A DNA stretch of 64,000 nt from Pseudomonadota bacterium (GTDB taxonomy: Bacteria > Pseudomonadota > Alphaproteobacteria > Rhizobiales > Hyphomicrobiaceae), in contig JAEXXM010000056.1 in NCBI GenBank assembly GCA_023405815.1, positions 1,126 to 65,125 on the forward strand, written 5' to 3'. The notes below the pieces were generated by a model, which ran no database searches, had not been told where the DNA came from, and saw nothing but the letters and a program-made list of their open reading frames with translations. Shown here one piece after another: positions 48,516-57,423 of the stretch. The translations under genes and the position numbers were made by a program. The first letter of the stretch is position 1. Every line of letters starts with the position of its first letter.

Positions 48516-49247
48516 ATGGCGAGCAAGCTCTCAACATATCGCGCCAAGCGCGACTTCGAGAAGACGAGAGAGCCGAGCGGGACAGCCAAGGTCCGCAAGG
48601 CAGAGTATCCGCGCTTCGTGATCCAGAAGCACGACGCGACGCGGCTGCACTACGATCTGCGCCTCGAGCACGACGGCGTCTTCAAGTCGTGGGCGGTGAC
48701 CAAGGGTCCGTCGCTCGATCCGAAGGACAAGCGTCTAGCGGTCGAGGTGGAGGACCACCCGCTCGATTACGGCGACTTCGAGGGAACGATCCCTGCGGGC
48801 GAGTACGGCGGTGGCACGGTGATGCTGTGGGATCGCGGCTTCTGGGTGCCCGAGGGCGACGAAGACATCGACGCGGCGCTGAGGAAGGGCGAGTTGAAGT
48901 TCGTGCTGGCCGGCGACAAGCTCAAAGGCAGCTTCGTGCTCGTGCGCATGAAGGGCGACAAGTACGGGGCTAAGCGCAACAACTGGCTGCTCATCAAGCA
49001 CAAGGACGAATGGTCATCGCCCGATGGCGACGCCGTGTTGAAGAAGGACAAGTCCGTTGCCTCGGGCCGGACGATGGCGCAGATCGCCGCCGGCAAGGGG
49101 AAGGCACCGACGCCGTTCATGCTGGCGGGGCGAAGCGCATTCAAGCCCGATGCCGTCTGGAGCACCAACGGCAAGGAGAAGCCGGCCGCGCCGCCGCGTG
49201 CAACCAAGCGCAAGGCACCTGGTGCGCGCAAGCGCGCGGTGCACTAA
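48516..49247 (+). CDS. Stand-alone LigD 3'-phosphoesterase domain protein
   Basis: YRAKRDFEKTREP, FVIQKHDATRLHYDLRLE, EDHPLDY, WLLIK; basic tail, no ligase or polymerase domain. Confidence 0.93.
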   Translation: MASKLSTYRAKRDFEKTREPSGTAKVRKAEYPRFVIQKHDATRLHYDLRLEHDGVFKSWAVTKGPSLDPKDKRLAVEVEDHPLDYGDFEGTIPAGEYGGGTVMLWDRGFWVPEGDEDIDAALRKGELKFVLAGDKLKGSFVLVRMKGDKYGAKRNNWLLIKHKDEWSSPDGDAVLKKDKSVASGRTMAQIAAGKGKAPTPFMLAGRSAFKPDAVWSTNGKEKPAAPPRATKRKAPGARKRAVH

Positions 49248-49277
49248 GCTGCCGCCTTCGGCTCACCTTTCCATGGA

Positions 49278-49916
49278 TTGCGGATGCGCGCTGGCGCCGC
49301 CGACGTTGTCACCTCTCCTGAACTTCGGCCGCTCGGCAGACGTGAGCTGCCGAGCGATACGATCGCGCTCGCCAAATTCCTCATCGGCAAGGTGCTGGTG
49401 CGCGAGGACGAGAGCGGCCTGCTGACCGGTCGTATCGTCGAGACGGAGGCCTATCCTCCGGGCGACGATGCCTGCCATGCTCGCAGCGGGCGAACGATGC
49501 GCAATGCGTCGCTGTTCCTCGCGCACGGGCATGTCTATGTCTACAAGGCGTATGGGACGGCGATGATGCTCAATATCTCCAGCGAGGAGGAGGGCGTCGG
49601 CGCGGGCGTGCTGATTCGCGCGGCCGAGCCGCTCACCGGCATCGACGTGATGCGCAAGCGGCGGGGTGTCGACGATGTGCACCGGCTCGCGCGGGGGCCG
49701 GGGTGTCTCGCGCAGGCCTTCGACATCGGCTTTGCTCTCGACGGGAGCATCTATGGCGCCGGACATGCGATCTGGCTCGCCGACGACGGAAGCAAGCCGC
49801 CGCGGATAGGCCGCTCCGTGCGCATCGGCATTACGCGCAACGCCGACAAGCCATGGCGGTTCTTCGTGCGCGGCAGCCGCTTCGTTTCCGGGCCGGCCAA
49901 GCTCAATGGTGCCTGA
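49278..49916 (+). CDS. 3-methyladenine DNA glycosylase (AAG/MPG family)
   Basis: GRIVETEAY, GHVYVY, GVLIRA, GPGCL, RIGIT..PWRF. Confidence 0.93.
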   Translation: MRMRAGAADVVTSPELRPLGRRELPSDTIALAKFLIGKVLVREDESGLLTGRIVETEAYPPGDDACHARSGRTMRNASLFLAHGHVYVYKAYGTAMMLNISSEEEGVGAGVLIRAAEPLTGIDVMRKRRGVDDVHRLARGPGCLAQAFDIGFALDGSIYGAGHAIWLADDGSKPPRIGRSVRIGITRNADKPWRFFVRGSRFVSGPAKLNGA

Positions 49917-49919
49917 GCG

Positions 49920-51059
49920 CTACGTTGTGGGGGCGCCGGCGATGCGCCGGTAGATGAATGGCGGGGGCGGGGCGTGCGATTCCCGCTCGGCGATGGCGGC
50001 GAACTCGGCGTGCCAGGGAGATTTGTCGCACGCGGGATCGGTGGCGCAGGCGTCTCCCGTCATGGCGAGGGCCTGGCAGCGGCAGCCGCCCCAGTCGATC
50101 TCGCGCCGCTCGCATGAGCGGCACGGCTCCTTCATCCAGGCGGTGCCGCGGAACTTCTGGAAGGCCTGGCCGTGGAACCAGATGTCGGCCAGGGGCTTGT
50201 CGCGCACGTTGTCGATCTGAAGCCCGGGGATGTCCTCGCAGGCGTGGCAAGGGAGAACCTTGCCTGTCGGGGTGATATCGATGAGGTTGCGACCCCAGCC
50301 GCCCATGCACGGCTTCGGCCGCACGGCGTAGTGATCGTGGGCGACGACGTCGAATACGAGGATGCCCTTCAGCCGCTCCTTGGCGGCGTTGGTGATCTCG
50401 ACCGAGCGCATGAATTGCTCGCGCGTGGGGATGAGCGCGGCACGGTTCTTCAGCGCCCAGGCGTAATATTGCGTATGCGCCACCTCGATGCGGCCGGCGC
50501 CGATCTCGACGGCATAGTCGATCATCGCCGGCAGGTTCTCGATGTTCTGGCGATGGACGACGACGTTGAGCGTCAGCGGCAGGCCGAGCTCGCCGACCCA
50601 GCGGGCGCATTCGCGCTTCTTCTCGGAGCCGCCCTTATAGCCCGAGATGCGCTGGGCGTTGCCGGGATCGACGTCCTGGATCGAGAGCTGGACGTGATCG
50701 AGGCCGATCTTGGCGAGGCCCTCGAGCCGATCGCGCGTGAGGGTTACGCCGGAGGTGATGAGGTTGGTGTAAAGACCGGCGGCGACGGCACCCTCGAGGA
50801 TGTCCTCGAGATCCAACCTAAGAGTAGGCTCGCCGCCGGATAAGTGGATTTGCAACACGCCGAGCTCTGCTGCCTGACGGAACACATCGCGCCACTCATC
50901 CCCGGTCAGCTCGTTGCCGCGCTCCATTGCCAAGGGATTGGAGCAATAGGGGCACTGCAACGGGCAGCGGTAAGTGAGCTCGGCGAGGAGGCCAATGGGC
51001 GCCCGCGTGCAGGCGGGCGCCGCTGCTTCGATGCCGTCGAGCGGCTTCAGCTCGGTCAT
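49920..51059 (-). CDS. pqqE: PQQ biosynthesis radical SAM protein
   Basis: LAELTYRCPLQCPYCSNP, PKPCMGGWG, SPASM C..C.....C...CRCQA. Confidence 0.95.
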   Translation of the reverse strand: MTELKPLDGIEAAAPACTRAPIGLLAELTYRCPLQCPYCSNPLAMERGNELTGDEWRDVFRQAAELGVLQIHLSGGEPTLRLDLEDILEGAVAAGLYTNLITSGVTLTRDRLEGLAKIGLDHVQLSIQDVDPGNAQRISGYKGGSEKKRECARWVGELGLPLTLNVVVHRQNIENLPAMIDYAVEIGAGRIEVAHTQYYAWALKNRAALIPTREQFMRSVEITNAAKERLKGILVFDVVAHDHYAVRPKPCMGGWGRNLIDITPTGKVLPCHACEDIPGLQIDNVRDKPLADIWFHGQAFQKFRGTAWMKEPCRSCERREIDWGGCRCQALAMTGDACATDPACDKSPWHAEFAAIAERESHAPPPPFIYRRIAGAPTT

Positions 51060-51079
51060 GGCTGCTTACTCTGGGCTGC

Positions 51080-51838
51080 TCACTCGGGACGATAGGCGCC
51101 CGGAGGGATCATGCCGTTGACGTAGGCGAGCTGCAGCGCATCGAGCTGCGCCCACAGCACGTTGCACTTGAAGCGCACGGCGTCGACGCACGCTTCCTGC
51201 ATGTCGCGGGTGCGGGCGTTGGTCTTGACGAACTCGAGCGCGAAGGTGGCGTCGCGCGGGGCTTGCGTCAGACGGCGCTTGAAGTAGGCCATGACGTCGT
51301 CGTTGACGAAGCTGTAGTTGGCGAGCATGCCGGCGATGCGCTCGCGGTGGATCGAGGGCGCGAACAGCTCGGTGAGCGAGGAGGCGACCGCGACGACGAG
51401 CGGCTGCTCGACGACGAAGCGCACATACGCCTCGACGGCGAAGCGGGTGGCGGGAAGCGCGCCGCGCATGCTCGTGACGTACTCGCGGTCGAGGCCGAGG
51501 CAGTCAGTGAGCTTCAGCCAGCGCTCGAGGCCGCCGTGCTCCTCGGGGAGAAGGCCGTCGTGGTCGTGGATGCGATGGATCCACTCGCGGCGGAACTCGC
51601 GATCGTAGACGCGGCTCATGAGAGCGGCGTCCTTGCGCGGCACCGCCTCCTGATAGCAGTAGCGGTTGAGCGCCCAAGCGGCGACCTGGCTCTTGCTCAG
51701 CTTGCCGCCGTGCAGGAGCTTATGGAACTCGTGCTTATCGTGATAGCGCTCGTCGCCGACGGCGCGGATGTTGGCCTCGAAATCCTCGCGGCTCCAGGGC
51801 TGCTCGAGGGTCTCGAATGTTCTAACGAATTCGTTCAT
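51080..51838 (-). CDS. pqqC: Pyrroloquinoline-quinone synthase
   Basis: RYHDKHEFH, WALNRY.YQ..PRKDA, RIHDHDG, SLTELFAP, FKCNVLWAQLDAL. Confidence 0.95.
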   Translation of the reverse strand: MNEFVRTFETLEQPWSREDFEANIRAVGDERYHDKHEFHKLLHGGKLSKSQVAAWALNRYCYQEAVPRKDAALMSRVYDREFRREWIHRIHDHDGLLPEEHGGLERWLKLTDCLGLDREYVTSMRGALPATRFAVEAYVRFVVEQPLVVAVASSLTELFAPSIHRERIAGMLANYSFVNDDVMAYFKRRLTQAPRDATFALEFVKTNARTRDMQEACVDAVRFKCNVLWAQLDALQLAYVNGMIPPGAYRPE

Positions 51839-51906
51839 GGACGAACCTCCAATTTCACATCGATTTTTTCGTTGGAGGCACTGTGTTCGGATGGGCGCCC
51901 TGGCGC

Positions 51907-51920
51907 TTGATCCACATCAA
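51907..51920. promoter_or_regulatory. FNR/FixK box upstream of pqqC
   Basis: Perfect TTGAT-ccac-ATCAA. Confidence 0.9.
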
Positions 51921-51965
51921 CGGGCCGATCACAGGGCGGTCAAAGGCGCGTGAGAGGAATTGCCG

Positions 51966-52745
51966 TCAGTCGGTGTCGCAGGAGGCGAGGGACTGCAGCA
52001 GCTTCGGCTTCAAGACGCTCACAGTGCGGCGCCCGCAGGTGGAGATGACGCCGGCGTCCTTAAGGGAGCGGAACTCGCGGCTCACGGTCTCGATGGTCAT
52101 TCCGAGGGCGTCGGCGATCTCGTTGCGCGACAATGGCAGCTCGAAGCGGGCCGGGAGCTCGGTCGCTACGCTGGGAGGACGGCGGTTGATGCGCATCGCG
52201 ATCGAGACCAGCAGGCTCGCGACTTTCTCTCGCGCGGTCTTGCGGCCGAGGAGGAACATCCACTCGCGAGCAGTCTCGAGGTCGTTAAGGGCCCGGCGAT
52301 AGAGGGCCTGCTCGAGGGAGGGATGGTTGCGCATCAGGGTCTCGAAGGCGCTGCGCGAGAAGCAGCAGAGCTCGAGCTGGGTGGTGGCCTCGGCGATGAG
52401 CGCATTCGAGGTTATATAAGGATGACCGACGAAGTCGGCGGGATATTGCAGGCCGACGATCTGCAGCCGGCCGTCCTTCTGCGCCTTGACCAGCTTGACG
52501 ACGCCGGAGACGATGATGGCAAGCCAGCCGAGACCCTGGTGGTCGCTTTGAATCACCTGCCCGACGGGTACCCGGCGATGATGGGCGATGGGTGCCAGCT
52601 CTCTTGCGGCCGCTTCACTGACCTCGCTGCACAGGGAGGCCTCGCGGACGGCGCAGCGCTCGCAATAGTGTCGTCCTCGCATATCCATCTTCGGCAGTTG
52701 GCCGGCCGCCGTCTGCCCGCGGTCCGTAGGTGAAATCAAAGTCAC
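51966..52745 (-). CDS. Crp/Fnr regulator, FnrN-like (Fe-S cysteines)
   Basis: CERCAVREASLC plus LELCCF; HTH IADALGMTIETVSR. Start uncertain. Confidence 0.9.
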   Translation of the reverse strand: MTLISPTDRGQTAAGQLPKMDMRGRHYCERCAVREASLCSEVSEAAARELAPIAHHRRVPVGQVIQSDHQGLGWLAIIVSGVVKLVKAQKDGRLQIVGLQYPADFVGHPYITSNALIAEATTQLELCCFSRSAFETLMRNHPSLEQALYRRALNDLETAREWMFLLGRKTAREKVASLLVSIAMRINRRPPSVATELPARFELPLSRNEIADALGMTIETVSREFRSLKDAGVISTCGRRTVSVLKPKLLQSLASCDTD

Positions 52746-52771
52746 TTTGAAGGTGCCTTTCGCTGGGACTC

Positions 52772-52785
52772 TTGATCTGGATCAA
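52772..52785. promoter_or_regulatory. FNR/FixK box
   Basis: Perfect TTGAT-ctgg-ATCAA. Confidence 0.9.
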
Positions 52786-52870
52786 GGGCGTGGGTGGTAC
52801 GCTTAACGGTGCGGGTCAGCGGATTGACTCGGCTTTTCGGGGCACTGTGCCGGGCGCCTGGGTAGTGAAC

Positions 52871-52884
52871 TTGATATGCATCAA
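52871..52884. promoter_or_regulatory. FNR/FixK box
   Basis: Perfect TTGAT-atgc-ATCAA. Confidence 0.9.
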
Positions 52885-53038
52885 ATTTCGATGCGGCGAA
52901 TGGTTCGGGCGATGGTTACCGGGCCGGAGCCTTCCGGTGCTCGCCGGCGATGATGGCGAGTCGGATTTCTGAGCCATGAGCGGCACTCTGCATCGCGTGG
53001 ACATCATCCGACCGCGCGGCAATTGGTGACGCGCAAGC

Positions 53039-54337
53039 TTGAGGTGCATCAAGCAGGCCGATCGACCTTGCGCCAAGCTCGAAGCAGATTCGCTGGAGCT
53101 GAGCGCAAAATTGGCCGTTGGCTTTGACATGGTCATCGTGGGCGGGGGACCGGCGGGCCTCAGCCTCGCATGCCTCGTCGCCGATCTCGGATTGAGGGTG
53201 GCCGTCGTCGATCGGCAGAGCGAGAGAGACCTCGCCGAGCCGGCGTCCGACGGGCGCGACATCGCGTTGACGCATCGCTCGGTGCGCATTCTGCGTGAGA
53301 TGGGTGTCTGGGACCGGGTGGCGCCAGCGGAAGTCGCGCCGATACGCCGCGCGGCGGTGAGGAACGCCGATGAGGCGCAGCTTCTGACGTTCGCTCCGCA
53401 AGCGGCGGGGCACGAAGTGCTGGGATATCTCGTCAGCAATCATGTGCTGCGCCGGGAAATCTTTGGTGCAGCCCGGCAGCGGTCGAACATTACGCTGCGT
53501 GCGGGCGAGGCAGCGAGAAGACTCGAGATCGAGGATGTCGGGGCCACCATCACGCTTGCTTCCGGAGAGCGGCTTCAGGGCCGGCTCGTCATCGCCGCCG
53601 ACAGCCGCTTTTCCGAGCTGCGACGGATGGCAGGCATCGGCGCGGAGATGCGCGATTTCGGGCATCTGTGCATCGTCTGCCGCTTGCAGCACGAGAAGGC
53701 GCACGATGGCACGGCATACGAGTGGTTCGACGTCGATCAGACGCTCGCGGTGCTGCCGCTCAACGGGTGCAACTCGTCCATCGTGCTGACGCAGCCGGCA
53801 TGCGTCGGCGTGCGGACGCTTGAGCTTACGAACGAGGAGTTCGCGGCACAGATCGAAAGCCGTCTTGGTGGGCGCTGGGGAAGGATGGTGCTCGATGGAA
53901 AGCGCCACGCCTACCCGCTGGTCGCGGTCTACGCGCATCGCTTCAGCGGCAAACGTGTCGCTCTCATCGGCGACGCGGCCGTCGGCATGCATCCGGTGAC
54001 GGCGCATGGATTCAACTTCGGTCTGCGCGGGGCTGAGACGCTGGCGGCCAAGATCAGGGCTGCCGCTAGCGCGGGCGGAGACATCGGGGAGGCATCGGTG
54101 CTCGATAGCTACGCACGCGAGCACCGGGGTGCCACCTTGCCGCTCTATCTGGCAACAAATGCGATCGTCCGCCTCTACACCGACAACACGATGCCGGCCA
54201 GGATCATTCGGGGCGGTCTGTTGCGTGTCGCCAATATGCTTTCGCCGGCCAAGGACTTCATGCTGCGGAAGCTGACAGAGATCGACGGGGGCTTGGCGTC
54301 GGCCGAGCCGGCCTCAATGCAACGAGGGCTGACATGA
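53039..54337 (+). CDS. ubiM: FAD-dependent ubiquinone hydroxylase, UbiM-like
   Basis: GGGPAG, DGRDIALTH, LVSNH, AADSRFS, GDAAVGMHPVTAHGFNFG; true start probably near 53111. Confidence 0.8.
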   Translation: MRCIKQADRPCAKLEADSLELSAKLAVGFDMVIVGGGPAGLSLACLVADLGLRVAVVDRQSERDLAEPASDGRDIALTHRSVRILREMGVWDRVAPAEVAPIRRAAVRNADEAQLLTFAPQAAGHEVLGYLVSNHVLRREIFGAARQRSNITLRAGEAARRLEIEDVGATITLASGERLQGRLVIAADSRFSELRRMAGIGAEMRDFGHLCIVCRLQHEKAHDGTAYEWFDVDQTLAVLPLNGCNSSIVLTQPACVGVRTLELTNEEFAAQIESRLGGRWGRMVLDGKRHAYPLVAVYAHRFSGKRVALIGDAAVGMHPVTAHGFNFGLRGAETLAAKIRAAASAGGDIGEASVLDSYAREHRGATLPLYLATNAIVRLYTDNTMPARIIRGGLLRVANMLSPAKDFMLRKLTEIDGGLASAEPASMQRGLT

Positions 54338-55695
54338 CAAGCGAAGCACGAGCCTATGCGCAGACGCTGGGCGAAGAGCAGAGCATCTGGTTCAAGATCT
54401 CTCCCTTCGTCAGCACCGATGACCCGATGTCCGTGCTGATGCGCCTGGCGGGGAAGCATGGTGGTTGCATTCCGATATCGCTGCGCTCGGAACGCATCTT
54501 CATCTTGAGCGAGGTGGAGCACTTCCGCCACGTCCTGGTCGACAACGTCGATAACTACCAGAAATACTTCGACGGCCTGAAGCCGATCTTCGGCAAGGCG
54601 ATGATCACCGTCGACGGCGCCTTGTGGCAGAAGATCCGCCAGCCGCAGCAGTCGTACTTCCATCCCGCCGTCTACGCCGACTACATCCCGTATCTGATGG
54701 TGGCGTTGCGGCGGAAAATCGACGAGTGGCGCGGGCTTTCCCGTCGCGGCGTCGCGTTCGAGATGCTGGAGCAGACATGGGGCTTGGCGGCAGACATGAT
54801 CTGCCGGGCGCTGTTCGATCGCGAGGTGCCGTTCAATCCGCAGGCCGTATTCGGCGCCGTGAAGGCTTACACGGATACGTCCAACCATCGTTCCATTCGT
54901 CTCAAGAAGGCGAACGGCGGTCTCACTGACGTGAGCGAGGCGGAGCCGCCGGCGCAGGCGATCAGCGCGTGGCTGACGCTTCCAGAGGCGGTGATCTCGG
55001 CCGCTCCATGGCAGGGGCGGGAGAAAACGCTGCTGAAGATGATGCTAGAGGCGGAGAACGACCCGGACAAGCCGGGCTGGGATCACCAGCAGGTTGTCGA
55101 CGAGATCAAGCAGTACCTGTGGGCCGGAACCGAGACCACGGCGCTGACGCTCGGATGGACGTTCTATCTTCTCTCGCGCCACCCCGAGGCGGCGGCGCGC
55201 ATCCGTCGCGAAGGCTGGGAGGTCTATGGCGACAGGGAGCCAACGGCAGCCGACATCGAGAAACTGACGTACACGCGCTCGGTGATGCTGGAGGCGTTGA
55301 GGCTTTATCCGCCCGCGTGGGCGCTCATCCGCACGGCGGTGGGCGATGACGAGATCGACGGTCACAAGATTCGCGCCGGGGACCGGATCGTCCTCTGCCC
55401 TTATGTGGCGCACCACGATCCGAAGTACTGGGACGATCCGGAGGCATTCCGGCCGGAGCGGTTCGATGCGAGCAATGCCAAGAAGCGCGTGAAGTACAGC
55501 TACCTTCCGTTCGGCGCGGGCAAGCGATTCTGTCTCGGCGGGCAGCTCTCGCAGGTCGAAACCATGCTCGCGCTGAGCCAGCTTCTGCGGCGCTTCGAGC
55601 CTGAATACCTCGGCAGCGTGCCGCCTCCGGTTGCCGCAAGCGTGACACTGATTCCGAAAGGCGGGCTGCCGTTCCGCCTGCGCGAGCTGATGTAA
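54334..55695 (+). CDS. Cytochrome P450
   Basis: AGTETT, EALR, PERF, FGAGKRFCLG; ATGA overlap with the ubiM-like gene. Confidence 0.96.
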   Translation: MTSEARAYAQTLGEEQSIWFKISPFVSTDDPMSVLMRLAGKHGGCIPISLRSERIFILSEVEHFRHVLVDNVDNYQKYFDGLKPIFGKAMITVDGALWQKIRQPQQSYFHPAVYADYIPYLMVALRRKIDEWRGLSRRGVAFEMLEQTWGLAADMICRALFDREVPFNPQAVFGAVKAYTDTSNHRSIRLKKANGGLTDVSEAEPPAQAISAWLTLPEAVISAAPWQGREKTLLKMMLEAENDPDKPGWDHQQVVDEIKQYLWAGTETTALTLGWTFYLLSRHPEAAARIRREGWEVYGDREPTAADIEKLTYTRSVMLEALRLYPPAWALIRTAVGDDEIDGHKIRAGDRIVLCPYVAHHDPKYWDDPEAFRPERFDASNAKKRVKYSYLPFGAGKRFCLGGQLSQVETMLALSQLLRRFEPEYLGSVPPPVAASVTLIPKGGLPFRLRELM

Positions 55696-55714
55696 AGGTG
55701 GGAGGAGACTTGCC

Positions 55715-55957
55715 ATGAGCGCCGAGGCGATTGCAGCTCAACTCAGCCCCTATCAAGTCGAGGTGGAGGAAGGGCACACCTACCAGTTCTGCCAGTGCGG
55801 GCGAAGCCGCGCGCAGCCGTTCTGCGATGGCTCGCATCCGGAAACCGGTATAGGGCCGCTCTCGTTCGTTGCGGAAAGGAGCGAGACACTGCTCCTGTGC
55901 GGCTGCAAGGAGACGGGAAATCCGCCGTTCTGCGACGGCACGCACAATGTGCTCTAA
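55715..55957 (+). CDS. CDGSH iron-sulfur protein with two motifs (MiNT-like)
   Basis: CQCGRS..QPFCDGSH and CGCK.T..PPFCDGTH. Confidence 0.93.
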   Translation: MSAEAIAAQLSPYQVEVEEGHTYQFCQCGRSRAQPFCDGSHPETGIGPLSFVAERSETLLLCGCKETGNPPFCDGTHNVL

Positions 55958-55993
55958 CACAGCGGCGCGGGCCGGCGACGGATACGGGGGATC

Positions 55994-56944
55994 ATGCAGG
56001 TAATCGAAGCGCTGGCGTGGCCAGTCGCCTCCCAGAGCGGTGATCGCCACTCTCGATTGATCAAGGTGCTCCCTGCGCTCGCGGCGATGGCTGCGATCGT
56101 TGCGGCTGCGGCGATGCCGGACCCTGGGAACCTGAACGAGGCATCGTCGGAGGATGCCGAAGCGCAGGCGCGAGCGGCACTGGCCGAGCGGGTCCGCTAC
56201 AAGGGCGGCGAGACGCTGATCGCCGCCTATACCGGCTCGCCCTACACCTATGCGAGCGATTTGCGCATCGAGGGGCCGGGCCGGGACATGACCGTGCACG
56301 GCATCGACTGGGAAGGTAAAGCCTTCGACGACCCGATCTACTACGGCGTGCGGGTCGCGCGCTGGCTTACCGGCAGCAGGCTTGGCGGCATGGTCGATTT
56401 CACCCACTCGAAGGCATATGCGCCGCTCGAGCAGGAGGTGGATGTATCCGGCACGCGTGACGGCGCATCGCTGCCGTCACGGTCGAAGGTGGGCGACCTG
56501 TTCCACAAGCTGGAGTTCACACACGGGCACAACATGCTGACGTTCAACGTTCTGTGGCGGCTGCCGTCGCTCGGCTCGTTTGTCAGTCCGTACGTGGGAT
56601 TCGGCGTGGGCGCGGCGCTGCCGCATACGGAGGTGCAGCTCAAGGGCGTGCGCGGGCGCACCTACGAGTACCAGTACGTGGGGCCTGCAGCTCAGCTCCT
56701 GATCGGCGTCGAGGTGCGGGTGCCGCGACTATCCTATATCGCCGAATACAAGTTCACCGCCGCGTCGTACGCGGCGCCGCTGCAGAACCGCGACGGAAGC
56801 TGGCTGCCGCTGGATCTTTTGAACCAGTTCCAGCGCTGGTGGCGCGCCGAGCCCCCGATTGGGGGCTGGGCATCGACGACGCTGGTCAGTCATCAAGTGA
56901 TCGGCGGCATGGGGTTCCGAACGGTTCCCGCAGCGGTGCCATAG
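55994..56944 (+). CDS. Outer-membrane beta-barrel, lipid A oxidase LpxQ-like
   Basis: WEGKAF..PIYYG, DFTHSKAYA, LEFTHGHN, PYVGFGVG..PHTE, EYKFT. Confidence 0.7.
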   Translation: MQVIEALAWPVASQSGDRHSRLIKVLPALAAMAAIVAAAAMPDPGNLNEASSEDAEAQARAALAERVRYKGGETLIAAYTGSPYTYASDLRIEGPGRDMTVHGIDWEGKAFDDPIYYGVRVARWLTGSRLGGMVDFTHSKAYAPLEQEVDVSGTRDGASLPSRSKVGDLFHKLEFTHGHNMLTFNVLWRLPSLGSFVSPYVGFGVGAALPHTEVQLKGVRGRTYEYQYVGPAAQLLIGVEVRVPRLSYIAEYKFTAASYAAPLQNRDGSWLPLDLLNQFQRWWRAEPPIGGWASTTLVSHQVIGGMGFRTVPAAVP

Positions 56945-56956
56945 GCTGGTCGATGG

Positions 56957-57298
56957 CTACCTGCAGGGCCGAGCTTCGACCATGCAGCCCCAGCCGCTGG
57001 TCGAGCGCTCGCACTTGAGCGACTTCGAATGTGCGCGCTGGTAGCGGGCCCAATCGCTGCCGTACTCGAGGTCGACGAAGCCGGCCCACGACCTGATGGC
57101 GGCCACTTTGGCTGCCCGCTCGCTGATCTGGCCGGCGCTGCTGCCATAATGGAAGTGGTCGAGAAAACAGAGCTGTGCGCCTTCTCGGCGCATGGTGTGA
57201 ACGGCTGCAAGCCCGGTCTCGTCGGCCAGCGCGGGGGCTGCGGTAAGGAGGAGGAGGGCGGCAGTAACTGTGGTGCGCAGCGGGCGTTCGATGACCAT
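56957..57298 (-). CDS. Small secreted protein with four Cys
   Basis: Signal peptide (APALA-D), CFLDHFHYG...EYGSDWA...ARPCR. Confidence 0.7.
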   Translation of the reverse strand: MVIERPLRTTVTAALLLLTAAPALADETGLAAVHTMRREGAQLCFLDHFHYGSSAGQISERAAKVAAIRSWAGFVDLEYGSDWARYQRAHSKSLKCERSTSGWGCMVEARPCR

Positions 57299-57423
57299 TT
57301 CCGAGGGTCCTTCAACTAGGTTCCAGATGCCTCGAAAGCGGGCCAGATTCCCCGGCTCGGCTCGGTGACGTGGATCAAATTTGCGACGGAAGGCTGCCGC
57401 GTGCTGCAGAGAGGTCACGTTAC

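Noticed and set aside
52976..53029. 17-aa ORF as a PqqA-like or P450 precursor peptide
   Set aside because: MSGTLHRVDIIRPRGNW has no ExxxY motif and no clear RBS.
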